Positions 9,248 through 17,610 of a stretch of DNA of 43,825 nucleotides are shown piece by piece (positions within the stretch are counted from its first letter, which is position 1; the number at the start of each line of letters is the position of its first letter). Location of the stretch: IMG/VR virus record IMGVR_UViG_3300037470_000389, positions 1-43,825 of that record, one strand, 5' to 3'. The notes under the pieces were generated by a model. The model was not told the DNA's origin. It searched no databases and saw nothing but the letters and a program-made list of their open reading frames with translations. Both the position numbers and the translations under genes were made by a program. Source of the stretch: a virus (lineage: Duplodnaviria > Caudoviricetes).

Positions 9248-9505
9248 TCATTCCGCCGCCTCCCGAACCCAAACCTGATCATCCATCCGATCTTGATGAA
9301 GCCTGTTCAGAACCTCGATGTCCTTTGCAAACCCGAAGGCCCTTTCTCTCATGTGCAACAAAGCAGCTCGTCTCTGTTCCCAGTATTGAAGATCGGAGAG
9401 AGAGATTCCTTCCGCGTTCAGGTTCTCATAGGTGTTGGATAAATCCTCTGCGAACTCTGATGCGAGATTGCGTAGGGCCTCAGCGGAAATAGTGTAGTGC
9501 ATCAC
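9248..9505 (-). CDS. Hypothetical protein
   Basis: GGAGG RBS upstream; ends REAAE. Confidence 0.65.
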   Translation of the reverse strand: MMHYTISAEALRNLASEFAEDLSNTYENLNAEGISLSDLQYWEQRRAALLHMRERAFGFAKDIEVLNRLHQDRMDDQVWVREAAE

Positions 9506-9793
9506 TCAGCCCTCCTCAGTGGGGGAGAGAGCGGCCATGGCGCGGTTAAATATCCACTCGGCCTGCTCGCTGTCGGCAATGACTGTGGCATCGGTAATGG
9601 TTGCCAGTGCCTCACGCAGTCTCGTAATCTCGTCGGCGGCAAGCCATTCGGCAAGGTCGCGGGCGACTATCCCGGTGCCCGTCAACTTTTCCGCTTTGTC
9701 CCGCGCAATCTCACGAAGCGTTCTGACGAGGTCCGTTTCTATCTCTCCGCTCATCTTTCCATTCCTCATTAAGAAGGTCGGGACGCGATACAA
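9506..9793 (-). CDS. Hypothetical protein (DLVRTLRE...AADEITRLR type)
   Basis: Common phage early-gene motif; start probably internal (MSGEIE). Confidence 0.65.
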   Translation of the reverse strand: MYRVPTFLMRNGKMSGEIETDLVRTLREIARDKAEKLTGTGIVARDLAEWLAADEITRLREALATITDATVIADSEQAEWIFNRAMAALSPTEEG

Positions 9794-9844
9794 ACCCGAC
9801 CCTAGGGTGGTGCTGTCAGGAGGGGATCAGCACCGGGGAGAACG

Positions 9845-10129
9845 TCATTTTCCTTCGTTCAATGCTCTGTTGATGGCGTGCGTGTACATCTGCATGACTG
9901 CGGCGTGGCCGAGTTTGTCGTTTACTTGATGGGGGCGTAAACCGTCAAAAAGCTCCAGAGACACTTGGGACAAAAGATCGTAGCCTCCGCCATGTTCGAT
10001 CAAAGCTGTCATCGCGCACATTCGGCCTCGTTTGTATGTGAGGGGGGTGCACCAATTCGCAGGGTCTTCGATCCGCTTCTTGGCTTCGATCAGTTCACGC
10101 GCTACAGCGCCTATTTTTCTGTCGCTCAT
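9845..10129 (-). CDS. Hypothetical protein
   Basis: W...CAMTAL...VNDKLGHAAV pattern; purine-rich RBS. Confidence 0.7.
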   Translation of the reverse strand: MSDRKIGAVARELIEAKKRIEDPANWCTPLTYKRGRMCAMTALIEHGGGYDLLSQVSLELFDGLRPHQVNDKLGHAAVMQMYTHAINRALNEGK

Positions 10130-10161
10130 TGTCTCTCGTCTCCTTCCCGCTGGTTAGGCGG

Positions 10162-10356
10162 CTACAGTTTGAGCGTTCCCATTGCGACTACCTCTGGCGT
10201 GTCACTACCTTCGCCGTGCTGGCACGTTTCGCCCTTACGATAGCTGCGACCGCACGTCTCGCACTTCGCCCAGCAATCGCACTTGCCGTAACCAGCGCCG
10301 CAAATCACGCATTTGGCCGCTCCAAGAATCGCCTTTTCAAGTGGTGTGTCAGCCAT
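10162..10356 (-). CDS. Small Cys-rich (Zn-binding) protein
   Basis: CVIC, CDC, CETC, CQH. Confidence 0.65.
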   Translation of the reverse strand: MADTPLEKAILGAAKCVICGAGYGKCDCWAKCETCGRSYRKGETCQHGEGSDTPEVVAMGTLKL

Positions 10357-10388
10357 TGTCTCTCTCCCTTCCGCTGTGGGGTGTGGGG

Positions 10389-10619
10389 CTAGGCGTCTTC
10401 AACGTCACTTTCACCAACGGGGCAATGAACGAGCTTGATTGCCCTGCAGACCGTAATCACGTCGCCTGGGCATGAGTGCGCCATGTCTCGCGCCCGCTTG
10501 ATTGCATCGTCTTCGGTGTCAAAGTTCTCTGGCCCATCGTCCGATGGCTTCTCATCGTTCACGAACCATGAGACGTGGCCTTCAGCATCAATCACGTAGA
10601 ATTTTGTCATCACCATCAT
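10389..10619 (-). CDS. Hypothetical protein
   Basis: GAGG RBS; operon orientation. Confidence 0.65.
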   Translation of the reverse strand: MMVMTKFYVIDAEGHVSWFVNDEKPSDDGPENFDTEDDAIKRARDMAHSCPGDVITVCRAIKLVHCPVGESDVEDA

Positions 10620-10650
10620 CCTCTCGTCTCGTGCCGCTCCCTAGGTGGGG

Positions 10651-10947
10651 TTAGGCTGCGCGTTGTGGGCCGAACCTCAGAAGGGTTTTCATGGCTTGCC
10701 GAGCATTGCGAACGTCGCCGGTCTCGCTCATTTCCTCATCAAAAAGCTTCATCGCGTCGGCAACACCTTGCTTGTATCCAACCTCGTAATTAGTGACCGT
10801 TTGGATTGTCTGTTCGTCGTTTTCGCTCGCTGGCTTCTTTGTGTCGTCAACCTGACCAGTGCCCTTACAAGTCGGGCAATCCCACATGTCAAAGTCATCT
10901 GGGCCTAGACACGTTTTTGCCCCGTGGCACTCTGGGCAGGTCGCCAT
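10651..10947 (-). CDS. DnaJ-type zinc-finger protein
   Basis: CPECHG...CPTCKGTG repeats. Confidence 0.7.
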   Translation of the reverse strand: MATCPECHGAKTCLGPDDFDMWDCPTCKGTGQVDDTKKPASENDEQTIQTVTNYEVGYKQGVADAMKLFDEEMSETGDVRNARQAMKTLLRFGPQRAA

Positions 10948-10950
10948 ATC

Positions 10951-10980
10951 CGTTCTCTCCCTCTCTGCAATGGGGGCTAG
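10951..10980. repeat. Intergenic direct repeat, copy 1
   Basis: CGTTCTCTCCCTCTCTGCAATGGGGGCTAG; last 20 nt identical to 11188-11207. Confidence 0.85.
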
Positions 10981-11177
10981 TACGCGCGGAGTTTTTCGCT
11001 GTAGGCGTCAGCTGCCTCGAAGTAGCTTGAGCGTTCGCCGCCGTCGCGCGCCTCCATCCATCCGAGCGTCCATGCGTCAAAGAGGTCGCCGTTCCATGCG
11101 CTGATCGGGCAGTGCTTGATGGACTTGCCGTCGCGGTAAGCGTCGAAGCCGTCTTGGAAAGCTTGGGTCGCGTCCAT
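10977..11177 (-). CDS. Ribosome modulation factor (Rmf)-like protein
   Basis: AFQDGFDAYRDGKSIKHCP...WTLGWMEA parallels the Rmf pattern A-x-x-x-G-[YF]-x-A-x-x-x-G-x-S-x-x-x-C-P...W-x-x-G-W-x-E-A. Confidence 0.7.
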   Translation of the reverse strand: MDATQAFQDGFDAYRDGKSIKHCPISAWNGDLFDAWTLGWMEARDGGERSSYFEAADAYSEKLRAY

Positions 11178-11179
11178 GT

Positions 11180-11207
11180 CGTTCTCTCTCTCTGCAATGG
11201 GGGCTAG
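11180..11207. repeat. Intergenic direct repeat, copy 2
   Basis: CGTTCTCTCTCTCTGCAATGGGGGCTAG. Confidence 0.85.
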
Positions 11208-11383
11208 GCGTTTGGTGGTTCGCCTTCTTCAAGTGCTGCTAAATAGGCTCGGGTTTTAGTAAGAACGGATTGGATTGCGTCAGCATCATGCGGTTCCATC
11301 CGGTAGGAGCGCGCGATTGCTGCTACGCGCTCCATGTCTTGCAAGACATCCTTGACCCAAGCCCTTGTGGTCTCTGCTGTCAT
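11204..11383 (-). CDS. Small hypothetical protein (59 aa, MTAETTRAWV...), below ORF-track cutoff
   Basis: Starts at a TAATG overlap with the upstream gene and stops inside repeat copy 2. Confidence 0.65.
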   Translation of the reverse strand: MTAETTRAWVKDVLQDMERVAAIARSYRMEPHDADAIQSVLTKTRAYLAALEEGEPPNA

Positions 11384-11583
11384 TAGCTCCGGTTCTTCTC
11401 AAGTTCCGTGAGCTGTCTCTGAGCATCTTCGTAGGTCTCAAAGCGCCAAGCTGCCGTGCCCAGGGTCTCCCGAAAAATTTCCCCGCTGGGATACTCAATC
11501 CATGCGTGACGCTTGTTCTCACGCGCCACCTTGCCAATGACGTAGTAGCCACTGCCTTGCTTTATGAGGGCGTATGTCGCCAT
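11383..11583 (-). CDS. Hypothetical protein, first gene of leftward early operon
   Basis: GAGGGAG RBS; directly downstream of predicted PL. Confidence 0.7.
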   Translation of the reverse strand: MATYALIKQGSGYYVIGKVARENKRHAWIEYPSGEIFRETLGTAAWRFETYEDAQRQLTELEKNRS

Positions 11584-11609
11584 GTCGTTCTCCCTCTCTG
11601 ATGGTTAGA

Positions 11610-11649
11610 AAGATACACGCACCATGCGTACATGTCAACGCATAAACGT
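11610..11649 (-). promoter_or_regulatory. PL-like promoter with operators
   Basis: Minus strand TTGACA-17 nt-TATCTT; palindrome ACGCA-CCA-TGCGT (11617-11629) in the spacer and related ACGCATAAACGT (11638-11649). Confidence 0.75.
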
Positions 11650-11667
11650 ACAGACAGGGCAAAATTT

Positions 11668-12387
11668 TTATGGTTCCATAGGAGCGTATTTTCCGAGGAC
11701 TTTGGCGATAACCATCACGGAGGTGTGCTCAGACGGCTTCCCGAGGCTCAGGGGCGTCTGAAAGTCTGGGTGGGTACTCTCGGGCCAAAGTTCGAAACGG
11801 CCCCCAGTGGTCGATTTTAGGCGTTTGATGCTGTATTCATGGAGGCCGCCGTCGCGGGTTCTTTCCACAACGACCAGTTCTCCGGCTAGTGGTTCGCGCC
11901 CAAGGTCAGAAAACCGGGAACAAATGGCGTATTCTCCGTCCTGAATAAGAAGGTTTACAGACTGCCCTTCGACCAGTAGGGCGAATTGCCTAACTTCTGC
12001 GAACCTGGGGTCTGCTGGCACTTCGGCGTCTCCCCCCGCATCCCAAGGAAAATCAACCTCTCGCCAAAGTCCTGCTGCTACGATCCCCTCTACCGAAAGT
12101 CCCCTGACCGGCAGAGGGGAATGGTTAGCATGACGTGACAACTCGTTGCCGACGAGGGCCAACACCTCTTCCCGGTTAATGGGGGGAGTACCTTTCCCAT
12201 CGAACTTACCGATAATCAGCAACGCCAACTTTATAGGTAGTTGTTTATCTTCCATCTTCTCAGGGTCTTCGTACCTCTGGTAGCTGGACCCGTCTTTGTA
12301 TCCAAGCGCGCGAGCCATCGACCTCATCGAGAGATCGAGTCGGCCCCGCAGCTTCCGCAACTCCACGGCAACGTTCTTTTTCGCCAT
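11668..12387 (-). CDS. cI: CI-like repressor (XRE HTH + S24 peptidase)
   Basis: N-terminal HTH (LRKLRGRLDLSMRSMARALG...YQRYE), VAAG cleavage-type site, GQSVN (Ser) and SIKRL (Lys); start may extend to 12405. Confidence 0.9.
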   Translation of the reverse strand: MAKKNVAVELRKLRGRLDLSMRSMARALGYKDGSSYQRYEDPEKMEDKQLPIKLALLIIGKFDGKGTPPINREEVLALVGNELSRHANHSPLPVRGLSVEGIVAAGLWREVDFPWDAGGDAEVPADPRFAEVRQFALLVEGQSVNLLIQDGEYAICSRFSDLGREPLAGELVVVERTRDGGLHEYSIKRLKSTTGGRFELWPESTHPDFQTPLSLGKPSEHTSVMVIAKVLGKYAPMEP

Positions 12388-12413
12388 AAACGCATCTTCT
12401 CGCACTATAGCGC

Positions 12414-12461
12414 ACGCAATCTACGTTGACAAGCGTGGCAAATGCGTATACGTATTTGCGT
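12414..12461 (+). promoter_or_regulatory. PR-like promoter / OR operators
   Basis: TTGACA at 12426-12431; ACGCA-ATC-TACGT (12414-12426) and 22-bp near-palindrome GCAAATGCGTATACGTATTTGC (12438-12459) share the ACGYA...TRCGT half-sites seen at PL. Confidence 0.7.
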
Positions 12462-12465
12462 TGAA

Positions 12466-12675
12466 ATGTCTCAAGCAGAACACGTCATAGCGAAATTCGG
12501 GGGAATTCGTCCGATGGCTCGCATTCTCAAACATCGGAACCCGACCACTGTTCAGGGTTGGGCCGAGCGCGGGTACATCCCTGTTCGCCAACAAGCCATC
12601 GTTCTGAGCAAAGCGCGAGAGAACGGCATCAAGCTCCGCCCCGATGATTTTTTCACCGAGGCCAGAGCCCAATGA
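12466..12675 (+). CDS. cro: Cro-like HTH regulator
   Basis: VIAKFGGIRPMARIL...TVQGWAERGYIP; divergent from cI. Confidence 0.8.
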   Translation: MSQAEHVIAKFGGIRPMARILKHRNPTTVQGWAERGYIPVRQQAIVLSKARENGIKLRPDDFFTEARAQ

Positions 12676-12717
12676 CAAGCCCACCCTGCAAACCCAGCAA
12701 CATCAAGCCCGAGGCTT

Positions 12718-12969
12718 ATGGCTTCGGCGAGGGTCATGATGTCTGACCATTGCCAAGATTGCGGAGTGACCGTGCAACGTAAGCATCCAAAAAGGATGCC
12801 GCCAAAGCGGTGTCACAAGTGCTGGCTCGCAGCGAGCAGAGCGCGACGGGATGCGTCTCGTGATCGGTACTATGGAACAGCAGAGGGTAAGGCCGTGAGA
12901 AAAGCTTACATGCGTACTTACATGCGCGGACACATGCAGAAGCGCCGTCAGAGCGCCCGCGCCAGTTGA
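12718..12969 (+). CDS. Basic Zn-finger hypothetical protein
   Basis: CQDC...CHKC, Arg-rich. Confidence 0.55.
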   Translation: MASARVMMSDHCQDCGVTVQRKHPKRMPPKRCHKCWLAASRARRDASRDRYYGTAEGKAVRKAYMRTYMRGHMQKRRQSARAS

Positions 12970-13156
12970 TGATGTCAGTTTCACCCTTTGCCCAGGAGTG
13001 CGGCGCGGGGGTGAGGGAGCCAAGTCCAGCGTAGGACGATGCACGGGGGGTTGAAACGTCTCTCCGCATTTCCTTGGCTCCCTCTGTCTTAGTAACCGCT
13101 CGGTGAATGCGTACACCGATCCGAGCGCGTCAAAACAGTAACCAGTGGAGTAGTGC

Positions 13157-13525
13157 ATGTCGCTCTTGATGAGTTATTTGTGCGGTGCGGTCGAACTCAG
13201 AATTTTACAGAGAGACGCACGGGACAAAGTTCGATGGGCGGCAGAGCCGGTTGATCCGGGTGAGCAAACCAAGGCGCAAGTCTATCGCGCCTTTCAGGAA
13301 TTGCGGACGCTGCCACATGGACTCGTCAAAGACGCTTGGTACGAGCAAATCGGCCCCTACCAATATCCTTCCGTTCACAATGCTTGGCTCGAACTCGCCA
13401 CGCGACGAGCCGAACACTTGGAAACCCCGTGGGCGCTCTACGTCAACGAGCGACCGATTGAGCCGATTACGCGAGCGCAGGCCAATCTCGCCCTCGTCAT
13501 CGCGCAGCTTCGCAAGGTCGGCTAG
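13157..13525 (+). CDS. Hypothetical protein (cII position)
   Basis: GGAG RBS; position downstream of cro. Confidence 0.6.
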   Translation: MSLLMSYLCGAVELRILQRDARDKVRWAAEPVDPGEQTKAQVYRAFQELRTLPHGLVKDAWYEQIGPYQYPSVHNAWLELATRRAEHLETPWALYVNERPIEPITRAQANLALVIAQLRKVG

Positions 13526-13651
13526 TGCAACGCTGACGCTGTTCACGCTGACCCTGTGTCTGTTGATTGCAGCTATCTACGCCACGCACGAACCAAATGG
13601 AGGGGAGTCCTCTCACGATAAAAGCTGGCAAGTAGTAGGGAGTCAGAGCGC

Positions 13652-14245
13652 ATGAGGCACCGACATTTTTCCAATTGCTCCTATTGGACCCAATCCGAGA
13701 TTGCGTTCCTCAAAAAGCAATGGGGCACCGGCACTATTGAAGCCATCGGCAAGCAAATCGGGCGCACATACAATGCCGTTCTAGCGAAAGCCATGAGGAT
13801 CAAGCTTCCACGTTTGAGGGGTGAGCAATGGTCAGAGGCTGACGCGGCAGCACTCACAGGCTACTGGTCGAAAGGGTTATCAGGTTCGCAGATAGCCGAT
13901 CTTTTGGGGAAAACGCGTTGCGCGACCCTTGGAAAGATACGGCGTCTCGATTTGCCACGTCGAGCCCCAGGCAATCAAAAGAGCCGTGAGGTGTCACCGT
14001 GCCGAACGGCTCCAGTTCGCAAGCTGCCTATCTTGGTGCCGGACCCTGAGCCGGGTGATCGCATTCCATTTCTTGAACTCGAACCCCACCACTGCCGATG
14101 GCCCATGTGGAATGAGGGTGAGGCGCATCTGTTCTGCGGGCGCAATCGCGAACCTGGAAAACCCTATTGCAGCAGCCATCAGAGCATAGCGATAGGCACT
14201 GGAAAACCAAAAGGCGTGTTCGTCAAATTTCCGAGGGCCGCATGA
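13652..14245 (+). CDS. gcrA: GcrA-family regulator with tandem N-terminal domains
   Basis: Two W-x7-L-x3-W...I-x3-[IL]G-x-T...K-x-x-R-[IL]-x-L units plus C-terminal ELEPHHCRWP...FCG...PYCSSH. Confidence 0.85.
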   Translation: MRHRHFSNCSYWTQSEIAFLKKQWGTGTIEAIGKQIGRTYNAVLAKAMRIKLPRLRGEQWSEADAAALTGYWSKGLSGSQIADLLGKTRCATLGKIRRLDLPRRAPGNQKSREVSPCRTAPVRKLPILVPDPEPGDRIPFLELEPHHCRWPMWNEGEAHLFCGRNREPGKPYCSSHQSIAIGTGKPKGVFVKFPRAA

Positions 14246-14454
14246 CCACAGCATACGGAAGCGAGAGCGAAGCTTATCACACGAGCCGATCTCTTTCAGC
14301 GTTACGACCTCGTCATGTTTGGGAGCATGAGGAATTTTCGCTCTGTTGGTATCTCGCGCAAGATCGAGCTTTTCGTGAAGCGATGAGAGCCAACCCGACA
14401 GAAAGACCATTGAGCTACACGTTCCCTTCTCTCTCCGCTACGGGAGGGGGGTAG
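14242..14454 (+). CDS. Hypothetical protein
   Basis: ATGA coupling to gcrA. Confidence 0.55.
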   Translation: MTTAYGSESEAYHTSRSLSALRPRHVWEHEEFSLCWYLAQDRAFREAMRANPTERPLSYTFPSLSATGGG

Positions 14455-14455
14455 C

Positions 14456-14827
14456 TTGGAGCGCACCTATCATTTCCCATGGCCGATATCACAAAACGCC
14501 ATCTGGCGAGCGGTGAAGGGCCGGAACATTCTTTCGTCAGCGGCACGAAGATGGTTTGCAGAGGCTTCTGAGTTATTGAGCCTTCAACCGTTCAAGGCTT
14601 TCAAGGGGCCTGTTGAGCTTTCGGTGAAGCTGTGTCCCCCGAACAAACGCAAGTGGGACATCGACAACAAATCGAAGGTGTTACTGGATGCTCTCGTTAA
14701 AAAAGGGATTATCGAAGGCGATGACTGGACGATAGTCAAGAAGCTCACACTTGAAATCAACGAAGAGAGCGAACCTGGAAACGCATTCGTCACTGTCCGC
14801 TCCAATTCATCGGAGGGGGGAGCGTGA
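14456..14827 (+). CDS. rusA: RusA-family Holliday junction resolvase
   Basis: PWPISQNAIWR, DIDNKSKVLLDAL, IIEGDD. Confidence 0.9.
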   Translation: MERTYHFPWPISQNAIWRAVKGRNILSSAARRWFAEASELLSLQPFKAFKGPVELSVKLCPPNKRKWDIDNKSKVLLDALVKKGIIEGDDWTIVKKLTLEINEESEPGNAFVTVRSNSSEGGA

Positions 14828-15534
14828 ACCGTATCGAACATATCGGAGACGCCACGCTCTATCTGGGTGATTGCCGAGAGATATTGCCCACGCTGGGCAA
14901 GGTCGATGCTGTGGTGACTGATCCTCCCTATGGGATTTCGCATTCGTCAAATCACGGTGCTAGTTGGGAAGGGTCGAAGATCGCGAATGATGGAGACACG
15001 TCTGTTCGTGACGAGGTGTTGCAGCGTTTTGATAATGTTGCAGCATTCGGCACATGGAAAACTCCGCCGATAGATAGAACGAAAGGCGCACTTGTCTGGG
15101 ATAAGGGACCAGCGTTCGGGATGGGCGATCTTAGGTTTCCGTGGAAGGGAAGTTGGGAGTTGATTTATGTGCGAGGCAATGCCTGGCGCGGGGTTAGGGA
15201 TGAGGGCGTGTTGAGGGGCCATATTCAAGTCAGTTGGGAGTCACAAGGACGGGCTCACCCACATCAAAAGCCCGTAACTCTTTGCGAGGCCCTTCTCCAA
15301 AAGCTGCCCGCTAATTTTATTATCCTCGACCCTTTCATGGGCTCCGGCACCACCGGAGTTGCTTGCGCCAAACTAGGCCGGAAATTCATCGGCATTGAGA
15401 TCGAGCCCAAGTATTTCGACATTGCCTGCCGAAGAATAGACGAAGCCTACAAGCAAGGAGACTTCTTTGTAGAGCGTCCCAAGCCTGCAAAACAAGAAGC
15501 CTTTCCACTCACCAACAAGGGGGCGGAAGCGTAG
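14824..15534 (+). CDS. N4/N6 DNA methyltransferase (beta class)
   Basis: GDC, TDPPYG, HPHQKP, DPFMGSGTT, GIEIE. Confidence 0.92.
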   Translation: MNRIEHIGDATLYLGDCREILPTLGKVDAVVTDPPYGISHSSNHGASWEGSKIANDGDTSVRDEVLQRFDNVAAFGTWKTPPIDRTKGALVWDKGPAFGMGDLRFPWKGSWELIYVRGNAWRGVRDEGVLRGHIQVSWESQGRAHPHQKPVTLCEALLQKLPANFIILDPFMGSGTTGVACAKLGRKFIGIEIEPKYFDIACRRIDEAYKQGDFFVERPKPAKQEAFPLTNKGAEA

Positions 15535-16058
15535 TGAGCGACCCTTATGCAAAACTCCGCGCCATCGTTGCGGAAAAGGTTGAAGACCATCTAGCCGATT
15601 TGATGGACGAAACCGATTATCCCTTTGCGTCCCCTATAGAGCGCCTGTTTTTTGTCGCCTTGGTGTTTGCCTGCCGCTACGGCCAAACTGAGATCGACGA
15701 AGTGTTTACGATCCAGGACCACGGCCAGTTGAAGCGGCTTAAGGAGTCGGGGTGGACCAAGACCGGGCTCTTGGTAGAGTTCCAGCCCCAATTAGAGGGG
15801 TGGAAGCCAGATTTCCTCATTCACTATTACGATCACGGCTACCCCAACCGGGAGCCATGCTGGCGGTCACTGATTATTGAGTGCGACGGCCACGATTTTC
15901 ACGAAAGGACGAAGAAACAGGCGGCCAGAGATCGCAAGCGCGACCGCACGGCGCAGCATCACGGCATCCCTGTTCTCCGCTTCACAGGATCGGAGCTTTG
16001 GGCAGATGCCTGGGGCTGCGCGATAGAAGTTATTGCTTGGGCTCAGAAGGGCTTTTGA
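15534..16058 (+). CDS. DUF559/Vsr-like PD-(D/E)xK endonuclease
   Basis: SPIE, KPDF, IECDGHDFH, RDRKRDR, LRFTGSEL. Confidence 0.85.
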   Translation: MSDPYAKLRAIVAEKVEDHLADLMDETDYPFASPIERLFFVALVFACRYGQTEIDEVFTIQDHGQLKRLKESGWTKTGLLVEFQPQLEGWKPDFLIHYYDHGYPNREPCWRSLIIECDGHDFHERTKKQAARDRKRDRTAQHHGIPVLRFTGSELWADAWGCAIEVIAWAQKGF

Positions 16059-16654
16059 TGATCGAGCCTTCCGTCCTCAGAGTCATGTTAGCAGCCGGCG
16101 CTACTGCGGAGATGATCGTCTCTGTGGTCGAGGCTGATTATCAAGCTGAGCAAGAGAAACAGGCGGTTAAGAGAGCGCGTGACGCCGAGCGCAAGCGGAA
16201 CCAACGTCCGTCGGATTCCGTGGGACAGACTGGAAAGACGCGGAATCCGCAGGACAGCGCGGACACGACGCCAGAAATCCCCCCTAAGAAAAAATCAAAC
16301 CCCCCTGTTTCCCCAGATACCCTACGGGTATCTACCCCAAAGCAGCGCGGCTCACGGTTGGACCCTGACTACCAACCCTCTGAAAACCTCTTCAACAAAG
16401 CCAGAGAGAATTTCGGACTCTCGACCGAGGTTCTAAAATTCGAGACTGAGGGGTTCCGCGACCATTTTCTAGCGCAGAGCGGTCCGCGCGCCGTCAAATT
16501 GGATTGGGACCGAACCTGGATGAACTGGATGCGAGAGGCCAAGCGCCGCGAAAAAAAGCCAAGGGACACGGTTGTTCCGTTCAAGCCGACTGGAGGTCCG
16601 CGTCGGACTTGGGCTGAGATTAAAGCCGAACGTGATGCTCAGAAAGACGCCTAG
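16058..16654 (+). CDS. Putative replication initiator protein
   Basis: RARDAERKR, low-complexity linker, C-terminal FRDHF...KLDWDRTWMNWMR typical of phage replisome organisers. Confidence 0.65.
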   Translation: MIEPSVLRVMLAAGATAEMIVSVVEADYQAEQEKQAVKRARDAERKRNQRPSDSVGQTGKTRNPQDSADTTPEIPPKKKSNPPVSPDTLRVSTPKQRGSRLDPDYQPSENLFNKARENFGLSTEVLKFETEGFRDHFLAQSGPRAVKLDWDRTWMNWMREAKRREKKPRDTVVPFKPTGGPRRTWAEIKAERDAQKDA

Positions 16655-16932
16655 TGAAGATCGGGGTTGTCACGCAAGACCTGATTGACGAGGTGGAGAG
16701 GCTTTTGGTGAAAGCTCGTCGCCAGCGTAAGGAAGATTTGGGCGCGGTTAACTGGGGCGATCTTCATGTGGCTGACATTGAATACCGACTTTCGATGTTG
16801 CGTCCAGACGATGGTCCTATCTGCGTTGTAACCGTCGAGGAAGCTTCACCTGACTGCAAACTCGCCCAGTGGCTTTACGACCAGCTCGATAAAGAGCGGT
16901 TCCATAAAACCTACATCGAATGTGAGTGGTAA
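16654..16932 (+). CDS. Hypothetical protein
   Basis: AVNWGDL...IECEW; coupled start. Confidence 0.65.
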   Translation: MKIGVVTQDLIDEVERLLVKARRQRKEDLGAVNWGDLHVADIEYRLSMLRPDDGPICVVTVEEASPDCKLAQWLYDQLDKERFHKTYIECEW

Positions 16933-17312
16933 TCCCCATGACCACAGAAGCTGAATTGATTGAGAAGGTGGCGCGGGCCTTAGCTATGGCAGACGGTGGG
17001 ACTATAACCGGCCCTAGTCGCTGTAAAGCGACTGACGAGTTTGGATGGCCGGGAGAAATCCCATTGGGAAAGTATTCTGATGCCCACTGGCCAAGATTCA
17101 AACACGCGGCAAGCTTTGCGATAGGAGCAATCCGTCCACTTATAGAGGAAGAAGCACGGGATAAGATGTTGCGTGAGCTTTGTGAGTTTTGGCCTGACGG
17201 TCTTGTGGTGGTGTCTCGTGGGCCGAAAGAGACTGTTCTGCAAGTCGTCAGAGCCTTCGCCACCGAACACAACATCCTCCTCGTCACCAAGGGTGAGACG
17301 GACAATGACTAA
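16926..17312 (+). CDS. Hypothetical protein
   Basis: LIEKVARALA motif; start probably MTTEAE. Confidence 0.65.
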   Translation: MVIPMTTEAELIEKVARALAMADGGTITGPSRCKATDEFGWPGEIPLGKYSDAHWPRFKHAASFAIGAIRPLIEEEARDKMLRELCEFWPDGLVVVSRGPKETVLQVVRAFATEHNILLVTKGETDND

Positions 17313-17610
17313 CCACGGAGAGAGTGCGGAGAAAATAACGAAGCAATGGTGCCAGGAAATCAACTACGGGCAAATGGCACCGTGTGCCTCTCAGCATCTA
17401 ATTGTCCTGGAGAGGCTGGTTAATGACGCACTCCAATCCGCCTACGCATCCGGCCTAGAAGCGGCGGCGAAGGTGTTAGAGGAGCGTGCCGACAAGCTTT
17501 GGCCCGAAAACCTAGCCGCTGGCCCAGGCAGTGAGTATCGCTGGAACGAGGCGGCCTTACTGCGAAACGAAGCTTCCAATTTGCGCGCTCTAATAGAGGG
17601 GAAGAAATAG
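17305..17610 (+). CDS. Hypothetical protein
   Basis: GLEAAAKVLE motif; start at ATG 17305. Confidence 0.6.
   Translation: MTNHGESAEKITKQWCQEINYGQMAPCASQHLIVLERLVNDALQSAYASGLEAAAKVLEERADKLWPENLAAGPGSEYRWNEAALLRNEASNLRALIEGKK

Noticed and set aside
10951-11207. CRISPR-like array
   Set aside because: Only two full copies, separated by a whole gene; no cas genes.
15881-16057. N-terminal extension of the rep ORF
   Set aside because: Overlaps the nuclease gene; the TGATG-coupled ATG at 16058 is the more plausible start.
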